From Felis catus (lineage: Eukaryota), in NCBI RefSeq assembly GCF_018350175.1, contig NC_058368.1, positions 174,904,001 through 174,968,000 on the forward strand: a stretch of DNA of 64,000 nt. The letters run 5' to 3'. The position numbers and the translations under genes are program-made. Positions within the stretch are counted from its first letter, which is position 1; every line of letters begins with the position of its first letter. Below the pieces are notes generated by a model, which saw nothing but the letters and a program-made list of their open reading frames with translations, did not search any database and was not told the origin of the DNA. This document shows positions 24,210-36,310 of the stretch, in pieces.

Positions 24210-25160
24210 GCAATTCTCTTCTCTCCATTTCTAAGGCTGTCGTCAGAGGTCGGCTTTCATTGTCTGGACTCTTGTAATATGTCCTCGTTGGTCTCCGGGA
24301 TCCTGCTCAACTCCCCTATCCAACCTCTCCTTGAGAGTAATCTCGCGAGTGCTCAGATCTGATCGTGTCGCTCTGTCCAGTTTTAAATGGTCAATGGCTT
24401 CCTATTTACCGATGGAATCAAGTCTAAACTTTTAGTCCTTTGCAGCAAACCGAGAGGTTGCAAACAGGCGGCGTAAGGCTGGATCTTCCGACAGACAGAT
24501 TTTGTTTGATGCACACGGTGTCGTAACACGAGGTATTTAAGATATGAATCGGTTACTGCTGCTTACATATTGGGAGATGTCACCCAGAGGTTCAGATTTC
24601 CAGGTTTTCTTGATAAATTCTAAGATCTGGCAACATCGGGCCAGGCTTCCTGCATGGTCGCAACTCTCTGGAGGCAATTAGTTTTGTCCATTGACATTGA
24701 GCTAGAAATAGATGCTATTAGTCACTGAACACCTGATACCCTCCTTCAGTTTTGCTGCCCGCCCGGACCCTTGTAAGCATTAGGGATTTTGCCCCTGACC
24801 TCACCTCATTCCAGCTCACCTTTTCAGCATTTCACTCGGTTCGCTGCCTGCATCCGGGTCTCACGAAACCACTTCCGTGGCCTTCCGTGCATGTATGCCT
24901 TCACTCATGCTGTCCCCTCTGCCCCTTCTTCCTCGGCACCCATGAGTAGCTGCATTCAAGGCTCACCTCTCTCCTGGAAGTCCGCCTCCCCACTCCTCTG
25001 TACGTCTCACCCCCAGAGCGCTGTATTACTTCCTCCCGCTGTAGTTTATGGATTTGTTCGAGTTTTCTCCTAGACCTGAGCCCCACGGGGGCGGGCGCAA
25101 TGCTTCCTATTCATTCTGCAAATCCGTGCCGAGTTTCCACAATGTGTAGGTCCCAGATGT
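24210..25160 (+). mobile_element. L2 fragment interrupted by a hAT MITE
   Basis: ctggactcttgtaat...cagatctgatcgtgtc...caatggcttcc; resumes at about 24800. Confidence 0.65.
24450..24800. mobile_element. MER102-like hAT element
   Basis: gaggttgcaaacaggcggc...cagatttccaggttttcttga...gatctggcaacatcgggcc...tttgcccctg. Confidence 0.65.
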
Positions 25161-25761
25161 CAGCACCAGTGGGGAACTGGTGGTGTGGCTATGGAGCTGA
25201 TGTTTTGGTGGGAGGATGTCCATCAGTAAATGGATAGATTTATTTCAGGGGAGCTGAAGGTTTGCAACTTATGTAGAGCAGGGAGATGTGATGAATGACG
25301 GCATAGGATTGGGGGAGGGTACTAATTTGGCAGAGGTGGTGAGGGAAGGCAGCCTGGAAGAAGGGACACAGAACAAGAAGGAACCATTGGGAGGTCTGGC
25401 TTTTGTAGTCTTGGCACAGAGCAGGCATCAGGAAATATTTGAGGAATGAATAAATGAATGTATGAACCATTCCCAGCCCCCCACATGGACAGATAATCAT
25501 TATATCGCGTAATCGCATAACAGGCTGGGCACTAAATAAAATTAGGTCTTCCAGCTTCATTAGCTGGGCTATGATGAGTCCCAGGTCCATGCCCAGAAGA
25601 CCAGAGGAAAGGTGCATCCAGACCTGTGAGTCAGGAAACCTGTAGCTGTGCATCACTTAGGACTGTCTTTGGCTGCAAGTAACAGAAAAGTTGACTCTCA
25701 GTGGCTTCCATTGTAAAAATATTTACTACGCACGTAACACCGGCATTCTTAACCCTTTTTT

Positions 25762-25970
25762 TTTTTTAACTTTTATTTATTTTTGAGACAGAGAGAGACA
25801 GAGCATGAACAGGGGAGGGTCAGAGAGAGAGGGAGACACAGAATCTGAAACAGGCTCCAGGCTCCGAGCGGTCAGCCCAGAGCCCGACGCGGGGCTCGAA
25901 CCCACGGACCGAGAGATCACGACCTGAGCCGAAGTCGGGCCCTCAACCCACTGAGCCACCCAGGCGCCCC
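25762..25970 (-). mobile_element. Can-SINE
   Basis: TSD tcttaacccttttt. Confidence 0.95.
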
Positions 25971-26053
25971 TCTTAACCCTTTTTATACCGTGGCAGTCTG
26001 ATGAAGCCCGTGAACTTCTTCTGGGGAAACACTGCTAAAGAAAAATGCACACA

Positions 26054-26252
26054 GGGGAGCCTGGGAGGCTCAGCCGGTTAAGCGTCTGACTCTTGATGTC
26101 GGCTCGGGTCGTGGTTCTCACGGTTTGTGAGTTCGAGCCCCGCGTCGGGCTCTGCACTGACAGGGCAGAGCCTGCCTCGTGTTGTTTCCCTCTCTCTGCC
26201 TCTCCCCCACTGGTTCTCTCTATGCCTCTCAAATACATAAAAATAAATTTCA
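26054..26252 (+). mobile_element. Can-SINE (older)
   Basis: TSD aaatgcacacag. Confidence 0.92.
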
Positions 26253-26362
26253 AGTCAAATGCACACAGTTACCCAAGACACCAGGTTTATTAACATAGAT
26301 TCACCGACAGGTTAAAAAGAATTTGTAGTGTTGTAGATACGTGCTCCTTTGTTAGCTCATTT

Positions 26363-26576
26363 ATTTTTTTTTTCAACGTTTATTTATTTTTGGGACAGAG
26401 AGAGACAGAGCATGAACGGGGGAGGGGCAGAGAGAGAGGGAGACACAGAATCGGAAACAGGCTCCAGGCTCCGAGCCATCAGCCCAGAGCCCGACGCGGG
26501 GCTCGAACTCCCGGACCGCGAGATCGTGACCTGGCTGAAGTCGGACGCCTAACCGACTGCGCCACCCAGGTGCCCC
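26363..26576 (-). mobile_element. Can-SINE, young subfamily
   Basis: TSD tgttagctcattt. Confidence 0.96.
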
Positions 26577-26890
26577 TGTTAGCTCATTTAGATAACAAAA
26601 TCCAGTGGAGGGTCTAACAGGCACTAAAACTTTGAAATAATGATGAATGTAAAGGATGTTTTCAGATATCTGTCCCAGCTACAGTATTGTATGAAACTAC
26701 GCATGGCTTTTATCTGTAACTGTGGCAGGTACAATGACAGCTCCTCCAAGATGCCCACATCCTAATTCCCCAAACCTGTGAATATGGTACCTTCCGTGGC
26801 AACAGAGACCGTGCTGGTAGGATTAAATAACTCTCGAGACGTGGGGACACAGTCCTGGGTTACAGGAATGGGCGCAATGTTATCACAGGA

Positions 26891-27143
26891 TATTTTATTT
26901 TATTTTATTTTATTTTATTTTATTTTATTTTTATTTTCAAGTTTTCGTTTTCAGTGTTCATTCTTATTTTCGAGAGAGGGGGTGTGAGTGGGGAAAGAGC
27001 AGAGAAGGCGGACGGACAGAGGAACCGGAGGACGTTCGGAACTGTCAGCACAGAGCCCCCTGCGGGGCTCGAACTCACAAACCGTGAGATCGTGACCTGA
27101 GCCGAAGTCGGACGCTCAACTGACTGAGCCACCCAGGCGCCCC
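26891..27143 (-). mobile_element. Can-SINE with (TTTTA)n tail
   Basis: head intact; pentanucleotide tail. Confidence 0.9.
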
Positions 27144-27364
27144 TGGGTCTTTTCAAGGGCAGAGAGGGGCAGAAATGAGTGACAGAGTCAGAGTAAGAGA
27201 TATGATGGCAGAAGCAGAGGCCTGAGTGATATGGAGGCTGGAGTGTGTGCAGCTTCTAGGAAGCTGGATAAAGCAGGGAGATCGATCTCCTCTAGACCTC
27301 TGGTAGTGGGGCCCTGCTGACCCGCTTTGGATTTCTGACCTCAAGGCTGTAAGATTTGTGGTTT

Positions 27365-27582
27365 TATTATTTTAATATTGATTTATTTCTGAGAGAGAGA
27401 CAGAGAGAGACAGAGCATGAGCAGGGGAGGGGGAAAGAGAGAGAGAGATACAGAACCCGACGCTGGCTCCAGGCTCTGAGCTGTCAGCACACAGCCCGAC
27501 GCGGGGCTCGAACCCACAAACCGCGAGATCATGACTTGAGCTGAAGCCGGTCGCTTAACCGACCGAGCCACCCAGGCGCCCC
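27365..27582 (-). mobile_element. Can-SINE
   Basis: TSD aagatttgtg. Confidence 0.94.
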
Positions 27583-27669
27583 AAGATTTGTGTTGTTTTA
27601 AGCCACTGAGTCTCTGATAACTTTTTTTTTTTTTTTTTTTTTTATAGCATCAATAGAAAACTGATACCG

Positions 27670-29196
27670 ATTTTAGTCCGGGAAGTGGATGCTGTTGTCA
27701 CAAATGGAGACTCTTTCGACTGCCGTAAACAGACTGTCGGTAGGAATGTGGATGTAAACCAGGTGATGGTTTAGAAAGAGAGAAGAGACCTGCTACTGGA
27801 AACTGGAGAAGAGAGGGTCCTTGTCATCCAGTGGCAGGAAGCTTGGCCGAATTGCCTCCCGCGTTGCTATGAGAAACGGAGCTCGTAAGCGTTGACCTTG
27901 GGTATTGCAAGCAGAGCTTGTGAGTGATGAACTTGGCTATGTCTTTTGCTGCGGAGGTTTCCCGGCAAACTTTGAAGGAGCGCCTCAGTTTCTTCTTGCT
28001 GCTCACAGTAAACTGTGAAAGGAAGTAGAGGGAGCAACTGTCACGCCAAAGAGGACCCGGGACTCGATGACTGGAGAAGCTCTCAGCGTCTCCAGATGCT
28101 AAAAGCCGCTATCAAAAGATAGCAAGGTTTGATCTGCGGCTGGGAAAATGTGCTCCGAAGAGAAAGCCAGGGAGGTATCCTGCCTTTGGCCAGTGCCTCG
28201 GAAGTACCCAGAGGTCGCTCAGAGGGTTCTTGGACTCCTGGACCCTCTCAGCCATCACAGCAAGAGCCGGGAATGAGGATAGAATTATCCCAGGATGGGG
28301 CGCCTGGGTGGCGCAGTCGGTTAAGCGTCCGACTTCAGCCAGGTCACGATCTCGCGGTCCGGGAGTTCGAGCCCCGCGTCGGGCTCTGGGCTGATGGCTC
28401 GGAGCCTGGAGCCTGTTTCCGATTCTGTGTCTCCCTCTCTCTCTGCCCCTCCCCCGTTCATGCTCTGTCTCTCTCTGTCCCAAAAATGAATAAACGTTGA
28501 AAAAAAAAAAAAAAAAAGAATTATCCCAGGAAGACCTGTGGACGGTCTGCTCGTCTAATGGAAACGAATCCCCATGACCTACAGAGGAGACCCACGAGGT
28601 TACGGGGAATTCTACGTCCGCAGAAGCGCCGCCAGTTTGGACCTGGTGGTCCGAGGATGGGACGAAAGGAGACTGTCAGGCTCCCAGAAATGCAACCAGC
28701 AGAAAACAGGCTGGTAAACCTGCTCCGTCGCAAACACTCGCTGCCCTTCGAGAAAGAGGGTGAGTGATTCTGGGGGCAGAACCACGGATTCGGAGGGGGA
28801 GCCTCGAACCACAGGCTCTTGGAACCTAGCGTATTCCTAGCCTGATTTCAAAATTGTTGGGCCACTCCTTTTTCTCTTCCGTTTCTCGCCCCTCTCGAAC
28901 AGGAGCATCTGTAACTGTTATCCCGGGCCTGGCCCGTCCTTGCATTTTGGGAGCAGGTACATGGTTTTCTAGTTTCGCGGGCCCAGAGATGGAGGGGAAT
29001 TTTGCTCCGGGATAGATCACACCCCCACCCCCACCCGTGCCTGGTTTAGATGATGAAATGTGACTTTTAAGTTGATAAGATTGAGATGAGAGTTTTGAAC
29101 TTTGAGTTGATTCTGCAGCAGGTTGAGCCCCACGGGGATGTTGGGGTGAATGAACTCACGTGGGATGGAGGTGAGTCTTGAGGGGCCAGAGCATGG
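27670..29196 (+). mobile_element. MaLR (MLT1) internal region
   Basis: begins attttagtccgggaagtggatgctgttgtcacaaat, contains ctggaaactggagaagagagggtccttgt, ends with PPT-like gaggggccagag. Confidence 0.72.
28297..28516 (+). mobile_element. Can-SINE, young subfamily
   Basis: TSD agaattatcccagga at 28281-28295 and 28517-28531. Confidence 0.96.
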
Positions 29197-29397
29197 ATAA
29201 TTCGGTGGCCAAGTTCCAGCTAGAGCTGATGCTACTATAGATTGTGGGATGTGTGCATTGCCGAAGAAAGCACTAAGTTCCGGGTAGCAGTTTGTGGAAA
29301 CTATGAGGTAATTTTTCTCTCCCACCAACTTCACGATTCCTCATGGTTAAGAATCTCTGACGAGGAGCAGGTGGGCCTTTGGAGGCACCACGTTCTT

Positions 29398-29640
29398 TTT
29401 TTTTTTTGGTATTTTTTTATATTTTTGTAATTTTTTAAATGTTTTTATTTATTTTTGAAGGAGAGAGACAGAGCGTGAGCGGGGGAGGAGCAGAGAGAGA
29501 GGGAGACGCAGAATCCGAGGTGGGCTCCGGGCTCTGAGCCATCAGCACAGAGCCCGACGCGGGGCTCGAACCCACAAACCGTGAGATCCTGACCCGAGCC
29601 GAAGCCGGACGCTCGACCGACTGAGCCACCCAGGCGCCCC
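29398..29640 (-). mobile_element. Can-SINE
   Basis: TSD gaggcaccacgttctt. Confidence 0.95.
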
Positions 29641-29899
29641 GAGGCACCACGTTCTTAATGTTACCCCATCGTCGGTGAGGAGACCAAGTTTCCCCTCGTG
29701 CCACAAGATGGCTGCTACAACTCCAACCATCGCATTTTTAGACAGCAGCCTCCCAAAAGCTGGACAGAAAGAAATCAGGGGTGAAATCTTTCCGGGACGT
29801 ACCCACAGTAGCCCTGCTCTTTGGCCTCGTCGGTCACACGGTCAGCCCGGTATGTGACTACTGGCAAAAGGGAATTAAGTTACTGGGACTGGTTTAGAC

Positions 29900-30114
29900 C
29901 AGGGATCAGCAAACCTTTGTTGTAAAGGGCCAGATAGCAAATATTTTAGGCTCTATGGGCCGTATCATCTGTGTTGCAACTGCTCATTCTTCCTCAGTAT
30001 CAGGAAGGCAACCCTAGGCAATCTGTAAACAAGTAAGCGTGGCCAGGGCCGTCAGATTTACCAAACAAAAGTGCAGGACGCTCGATGAATTGAAGCTTCA
30101 TATAAACAACACAG

Positions 30115-30147
<33 letters not shown>

Positions 30148-30584
30148 TATGAGTGTGGGCTGCACAACACCTAGGACATACTTATCCTAACAATAATAAA
30201 CACCAAAGTAGTCATGGTTTAACCTGCAATTGAGATTTAACTGAGGGGGCTATGGCCCGCTGGCCGGCTCATGTTGGTTTGCTGGAAGCATTTCTGTTTT
30301 CAGTACCAAACTTCCAGAGTTTGGAGACCTCTCTCGTTCCCTGGCAGACCGGGACAGTTGGTCGACTGACCGCTACAACTTTGCAGACATGGCAACTTGA
30401 AGGTAATATAATATCATTTAATTGAATATAATCCCCTCTAGTTTCCAATACAGATTTCAAGTTCATGTCATCCTAATTCTTCTTTTGATTTTTTTTTTTC
30501 AACCTTTTCAAAGTATTTACAAACCGTACCAAAAAAAGGCAGTGGGATGAGTTTGGACTGTAGTCAGTCGTTTGCTGATCCTTG
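29900..30584. mobile_element. MER58A-like hAT MITE, interrupted
   Basis: TIRs cagggatcagcaaac / gtttgctgatccttg (14/15); 8-bp TSD gtttagac / gcttagac. Confidence 0.82.
30044..30250. mobile_element. MER53-like palindromic MITE with expanded poly-T
   Basis: cagatttaccaaacaaaagtgcaggacgc...ttagtatgagt...ggacatacttatcctaa...atttaactg. Confidence 0.7.
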
Positions 30585-31116
30585 GCTTAGACCATTCGTG
30601 ATTCATCCCCTAGGGATGGTTGTATTGCTGCTCAAACAAAATTAGGGTTCTGTTAACAAGGAAGACAGGGAATGGCTGGTGGGAGGTAACTAAGGATGTC
30701 TGCCAATGATCGGACATCTCTTTCTCTGAAGACCTGTGTATTCAGTTCTCAGAGACGGCCGCTGGCGTTGGATTACTCAGCCTTCACCTCTCAGGCATCT
30801 CTGTTGCTTCTCAAGCTGGCGTGTTTCCCTTAGAGGCTTTTAAATCAAACCAGGGGAGTTCGACACCCGGGAAAAAAAAAGTTCTGCCCCCTTCCTCCTA
30901 AAGCGCAAACTGTGTTCTTGAGCAAGTCTGTTCCTTTCTCTGGGCTGTAGTTCCGAGATATCACCCCCCCCCCCCCATCTCAACCTCAGTTGCAGAAGAA
31001 GACATCTCTGGTCTATGAGAGTGTGGAGGGTTCACAATTTAAATGGTGCACATTAACGCAGATGATTTCATCAAATGACAGGAAGATCCCATAGCGTGGT
31101 ATTAGCCTTCATTTTT

Positions 31117-31330
31117 GAATTTTTTTTAACATGTATTTATTTTTGAGACAGAGAGAGACAGAGCATGAATGGGGGAGGGGCAGAGAGAGAGGGAGACACA
31201 GAATCCGAAACAGGCTCCAGGCTCTGAGCCGTCAGCACAGAGCCCGACGCGGGGCTCGAACTCACGGACCGCGAGATCATGACCTGAGCCGAAGTCGGAC
31301 GCTCAACCGACTGAGCCACCCAGGCGCCCC
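31117..31330 (-). mobile_element. Can-SINE
   Basis: TSD attagccttcatttt. Confidence 0.96.
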
Positions 31331-31963
31331 ATTAGCCTTCATTTTCTAGAGAAGGACTTTGAAACTCAAGCAACAGCCCCCCTTTTCCCTGCATCCTGTC
31401 TGCCCCACTTCGTTTCTGGTCTCCACCCTGAAGGACCTAGAGGGAAGAAAGTTCTACATTCCAAAATAGTGTAGATCCTACTGTCCCCGCTCGTAAACTC
31501 CCAAACGAACAGAACTCCAGATGGTGCCTGTTTATCTGTGGTTCTAACCCAATTAGGACAAATTATCATTTCTTTGGGGTGATGTGTCTCCTGGGCATCC
31601 TTAAGCAGTCAACAAAAACCGCACGAAGTTTGCATTGTTTCAGCTTTTCCATCAGCAACTTTTATGATCAGATTTAGAAATTGGTTGTAAAAAACTGGCT
31701 TCGGACCCCCACTTGGCAGTATCAGGCAATTCGGTTCGCTCCTGTCCAAAATGTAGGAAGGATTCCCCCGTAGGCAGTCTAAAGAGACAAAGCGAATGAG
31801 TGAGATGCTAAATTTCTTGGCCTTTACAAGGCCTTTCTTTTCAAAGTGAGCACACGGTCGGTCATTCCCTTGGTCCTGAGAGGGGGCCAGTAAATGAAAA
31901 GATGGGAAAAATGAAGCGGACCTCACCAGCTTACCTTCTGGCTTTTTGAGTTTTAAGAGGAAT

Positions 31964-32100
31964 GGGGGCACCTGGGTGGCTCAGTGGGTTAAGCGTCTGA
32001 CTCCTGATCTCAGCTCAGGTCTTGATCTCGGGGTTGTGAGTTCAAGCCCTGTGCTGGGCTCCGTGCTGGGCATGAAGCCTACTTAAAAAAAAAAAATAAA
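31964..32100 (+). mobile_element. short old carnivore SINE (no CT tract)
   Basis: tRNA-like head, then gaagcctacttaaaaa. Confidence 0.85.
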
Positions 32101-32108
32101 AAAATAAT

Positions 32109-32340
32109 GGGGCGCCTGGGTGGCGCAGTCGGTTAAGCGTCCGACTTCAGCCAGGTCACGATCTCGCGGTCCGTGAGTTCGAGCCCCACATCAGGCTCTG
32201 GGCTGATGGCTCGGAGCCTGGAGCCTGTTTCCGATTCTGTGTCTCCCTCTCTCTCTGCCCCTCCCCCGTTCATGCTCTGTCTCTCTCTGTCCCAAAAATA
32301 AATAAACGTTGAAAAAAAAATTAAAAAAAAAATAATAAAA
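32109..32340 (+). mobile_element. Can-SINE, young subfamily, in the tail of the previous SINE
   Basis: TSD aaaaaataat. Confidence 0.96.
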
Positions 32341-32829
32341 GATGAATGATCCCACGCCTGTGGAGTCAAGACCCTGAGAAGAAAGGTCTTGTGCATCTGG
32401 TGAACGAGGAGGATGGGTTGATGAAATAAACGGTCAAGTTGAGCCAAGCTGAGCGTTTATTACCCTTCCTGGAGCAGCTGATTCCTAACAAGTGCAAATG
32501 GGTCTCAAGGAAATGCCACTGCATTGAGACACTGTGGCGTGCGTGTCCCCTGCCTGTCCACGGATGGCTGCCCAAATCGCTCCCGCTCAGTCCTTTCCAA
32601 AGATACCCTTGGCTCTTTTTTTTTTTTCTTTCTTTTTTTCTCTCACTGGGTCCTGGTGGGGGGAGCAGTGCGGGCGACCCCAAGAGACACGTCAACATCC
32701 TCACTGCCTACGGTTTCTGAGCGCGTCGGAGGTTACCAGGTTCATTCCTGCTGACCCATCACTCCTTCCCAGGATGCCCTTCACGAGGAACAGAAGAAGG
32801 GTCCTGTGAGGTGCCAAGTTGTGACTCGT

Positions 32830-34060
32830 TCTTTGCCCAAAGAGAACCTTCTTCACCAACAATTACCACATCATCATAAACCCTCGGGAGAGACATGATG
32901 TAAAAATGAAATTACTGAAAACATTTTTGGACTCGCACTTGGCTTTATATAAACTCACAGACAATCCTATAAGGCACTCAAGCAGATTATGGGTTTGAGC
33001 AAAGCTGGAAAATTGCTGCCATTATATTGTTATTATTAACACCTTGTAATTAGCCCTAAGGAATCCCAAAGTTCTCTTTCTTGATTTGGCTTTAATGAAG
33101 GAAAATTGCTACCTTTGCAAGTTGGATGGCGCCCGTTCTGATTAACCTTAAGTATATAGGACTATTATTTTGAAAATGTTTGCTGTCATGCGAATATTAG
33201 CATTACGTGCAACTGGGAGGGGGCTGGGGGCGGGGAAGGTGGAGAGGAGGAGGTCTTCTCTTCTCTTTTCCTCCCCCCCCCCCAAAGGAGGGTGAATCAC
33301 GGGCTTACTTCAGCCGTGGTCCTTGCTCAGAAGATCAAGAATGAAAGCCCTGTGAAGGCCATGACCGCAAGGCCTTGGCCTTTGCCAAGCTCCATCGGCA
33401 AGACGGTTGGCTGCTAGCTTCTCAACCTGTTGATTGCACAGGCTGGTGGGGTAATTGTACGGGGTGGTTTTACCATTACCTTGTGAGTGACCCTATGGGG
33501 ATGAGATCATACGGGAGTTAGCACCTAGTGCAATAAAGCGGGTTTTATTTGCATGTCCCAGAGCTCTCCAGAGGCCCCTTCTGCAGCCTTCACAGGCACC
33601 GTGTCTCCAATGAAATGCCGCCAACATTAATAAAAGATCCCTCTATATACCCCTCAGCTCCCCTCCCACAGGCAGCACACTATTTTCATTACCTTCTCTG
33701 GGAAAACCATACATTAAAGAGAACTCGTTTGATCTTATCTGTAATTAATTTGTATTTTGATAATATAGAGGAGGAATTTTTACATGTGATGACTTACCTG
33801 TTCATTACTTCTCTCTTTTGAACTCCTGTGACCGCTTAATCATTCAAGCCGAAGCACGGCGGATTATGACATTTTCCCCGCCCACCTTTCAGGAAGGAGA
33901 AGGTGTTGCCGCTCACAGGGAGACAAATTGCTTTAAATAATGACTTTGTGCGAAATTAGTCATACATAATTGAAAAATTCTATAGATGAATACCAAAGTA
34001 ACCTGAGATGATCAGTTTACATAGGCGCTTGGAGCGCGTCTTCCTGCTGGGAGCTGCTCT
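32830..34060. promoter_or_regulatory. candidate conserved non-coding element / enhancer
   Basis: long repeat-poor unique sequence with TAATTA, TGATTAA and T-box-like motifs; inference only. Confidence 0.35.
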
Positions 34061-34089
34061 GACCCAGGAGCTTGGCGATTGGTTACTTT

Positions 34090-34204
34090 GTTCTTCTTCT
34101 TCTTCTTCTTCTCCTCCTCCTCCTCGTCCTTCTCCTCCTCCTCCTCCTCTTCCTCCTCCCCCCTTCCTCTTCTTCTTCTCCTCCTCCTCCTCCTTCTTTC
34201 TCTC
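34090..34204. repeat. (TTC)n/(CTC)n polypyrimidine tract
   Basis: about 115 bp, almost entirely pyrimidine. Confidence 0.92.
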
Positions 34205-35362
34205 ATTTCCCCATAAGAAGGTGAAAAGGCTCATTTCCAGGAAAGCGTGGTGCAACAGTATTCACATAGAAGGATAACAACAGCAACAGCACTGGTCATA
34301 GTAACGGTAGGAATGGTAAGCTCACTAAAGGGGCTGATGGCCCCGGGTGTGAGAGGAAGGGAGGGCATCTTGGAGTAGCGATCTCAGTGTGCTGATGATG
34401 CTCCTTGATGCTCACTGAGAAGCAGTGACACACATTCCATGGATTACTAGGAGCCAAAGTCTAGCAGCCCCCTGCCAATCGACACCTTGTATACCTCCCC
34501 CGGAGGGTATTCTTGTTGTGAAACCCATTGCGGTAAATGTCCCCTCTTTTTGTGAGACAGAGCGGGCTCCTCTGTGTCCAGCTCACCAGCTGGAAGCTGG
34601 GCTATGTGGCTGTGTGTGGACACACCCGGAGTTGAATCCCACTCCTGTCTCTGACCGGGCCAGCCCCTCTGGGCCCATCACTTATGCTGCACTTATGCAG
34701 CATTGACTGATGCAAGCCAACGCCTGGCACCTAGTAGGTGCCTCACGCATTTCATTTCATTTCTTTCCTCTCCCCCAGCAGGTTCAGTGAGCTGGACAAA
34801 GTCAGGGTGAGGCCTTTGTTCTGGCCACTCCCTCCCACAGGCCTGTTGGGAAGCTTTTAATCTCCCGGTCTCAGTTTCTCTCATGGATAATGGGATAATA
34901 AGATGTGACAGCTGCCCATCTGTCAGGGTAAGAGGTGAATTAATGAGTTAATGTTTATGAAGTGCTTTGAGATCTTCCTCTGAAAGTCTCTTCAGATGTC
35001 GTTTATTGGCATATTAAGACTTCTATCATCTGTGGGAAAAAAAAAATCCAAATAGAAAAACATAATCATCGCTCAAAGGAACTAATGAGGATATTATGAG
35101 TGTAAATTCGCCACCTCAATTGCTCGTCCGTGGAATGGTTTCCGATGAGAAGGCGCACACCTGTCCTGGTCCAAAACCTGTGGCAACGTGTCAGATCGGT
35201 CGGAGTGCCATGATCCTCTCCAGGAGAAGGAGAAGGACTGTTTCCGCAGCAGGGGACAGAAATAAAACAGAGGTGCCCCTCAAGGTGTGAATCTGTTGAG
35301 GGAAAAGGTTACACCTCTTCTGTCTTCTGAGTGTTGTCTCACATAGACTTACTTCATCTTTA

Positions 35363-35575
35363 ATTTTTTTTTTCAACATTTATTTATTTTTGGGACAGAG
35401 AGAGACAGAGCATGAACGGGGAGGGGCAGAGAGAGAGGGAGACACAGAATCGGAAACAGGCTCCAGGCTCTGAGCCATCAGCCCAGAGCCCGACGCGGGG
35501 CTCGAACTCCCGGACCGCGAGATCGTGACCTGGCTGAAGTCGGACGCTTAACTGACTGCGCCACCCAGGCGCCCC
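35363..35575 (-). mobile_element. Can-SINE, young subfamily
   Basis: TSD gacttacttcatcttta. Confidence 0.96.
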
Positions 35576-35749
35576 GACTTACTTCATCTTTAAATGATGA
35601 GAAAAGTTACACGCTGCTTACCTTAGTGGGGAATTTGTCTCTTCTGGCCTGGCATCTGGAGGCTAGAAATCATTGGTCGGTATGAAATCATACAGCTACT
35701 TAGGAGCAGAATATGCTTGGTCTGCGTGAGCTTCAACATCTCTATAACA

Positions 35750-36230
35750 CAGTGTTTCTCTACCTTTTCTTCGTTACTGTCTCCCTGATGGGACCTTTGG
35801 AGATTTTCTTCCCCCTAATTTCCAATCCCCCCACCCCTAAGAAGTTGTAATATCTTGTATACACTGTATATCTGTTTTATGTACTGGACGTATATTTGTG
35901 CTTTATACATTAAAAATTTTTTTTTAAAGTTTACTTATTTTTGAGACAGAGAGAGACAGAGCATGAACGGGGGAGGGTCAGAGAGAGGGAGACACAGAAT
36001 CTGAAACAGGCTCCAGGCTCTGAGCTGTCAGCACAGAGCCCGACGCGGGGCTCGAACTCACGGACCGCGAGATCATGACCTGAGCCGAAGTCGGCCACTT
36101 AACCGACTGAGCCACCCAGGCGCCCCTGTGCTTTATACATTAAAATAATAATTTCTTTTTTCAGTCTCCTGACTCCAAGAACCAATGTGCACACTTTTGG
36201 GGGCAATCTCAACTCTGTTAAGAAGGCTGG
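35750..36230. mobile_element. probable hAT-type MER element, split by a SINE
   Basis: cagtgtttctc start and ttaagaaggctg end resemble hAT TIRs; family uncertain. Confidence 0.4.
35917..36126 (-). mobile_element. Can-SINE
   Basis: TSD tgtgctttatacattaaaa. Confidence 0.96.
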
Positions 36231-36310
36231 TTTCGCGTGAAATGGTATGACAAACATTTCATTTGTTAACAAGATCCAAAGTCTTTTTTACTTTTTATAT
36301 ATTTAAAAAA

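Larger units (their letters stand above)
26721..27669 (+). mobile_element. MLT1D-like LTR with two SINE insertions
   Basis: tgtggcagg...cctaattccccaaacctgtgaatatggtacc...ttttaagccactgag...gaaaactgatac. Confidence 0.8.
25740..29359. mobile_element. Charlie4/MER80-like hAT transposon, split (25740-26720 and about 29197-29359)
   Basis: terminal inverted repeats ccggcattcttaacc / ggttaagaatctctg; body colinear across the insertion. Confidence 0.65.
25650..30706 (-). mobile_element. old MLT1 (J/K/L-type) solo LTR in pieces (25650-25739, 29360-29899, 30585-30706)
   Basis: tttggctgcaagtaacagaaaa; cacaagatggctgctacaactcc; aacaaaattagggttctgttaacaaggaag...tgtctgcca. Confidence 0.7.

Noticed and set aside
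33980..34277. Glu/Arg/Pro-rich ORFs
   Set aside because: Artefact of the (TTC/CTC)n tract.
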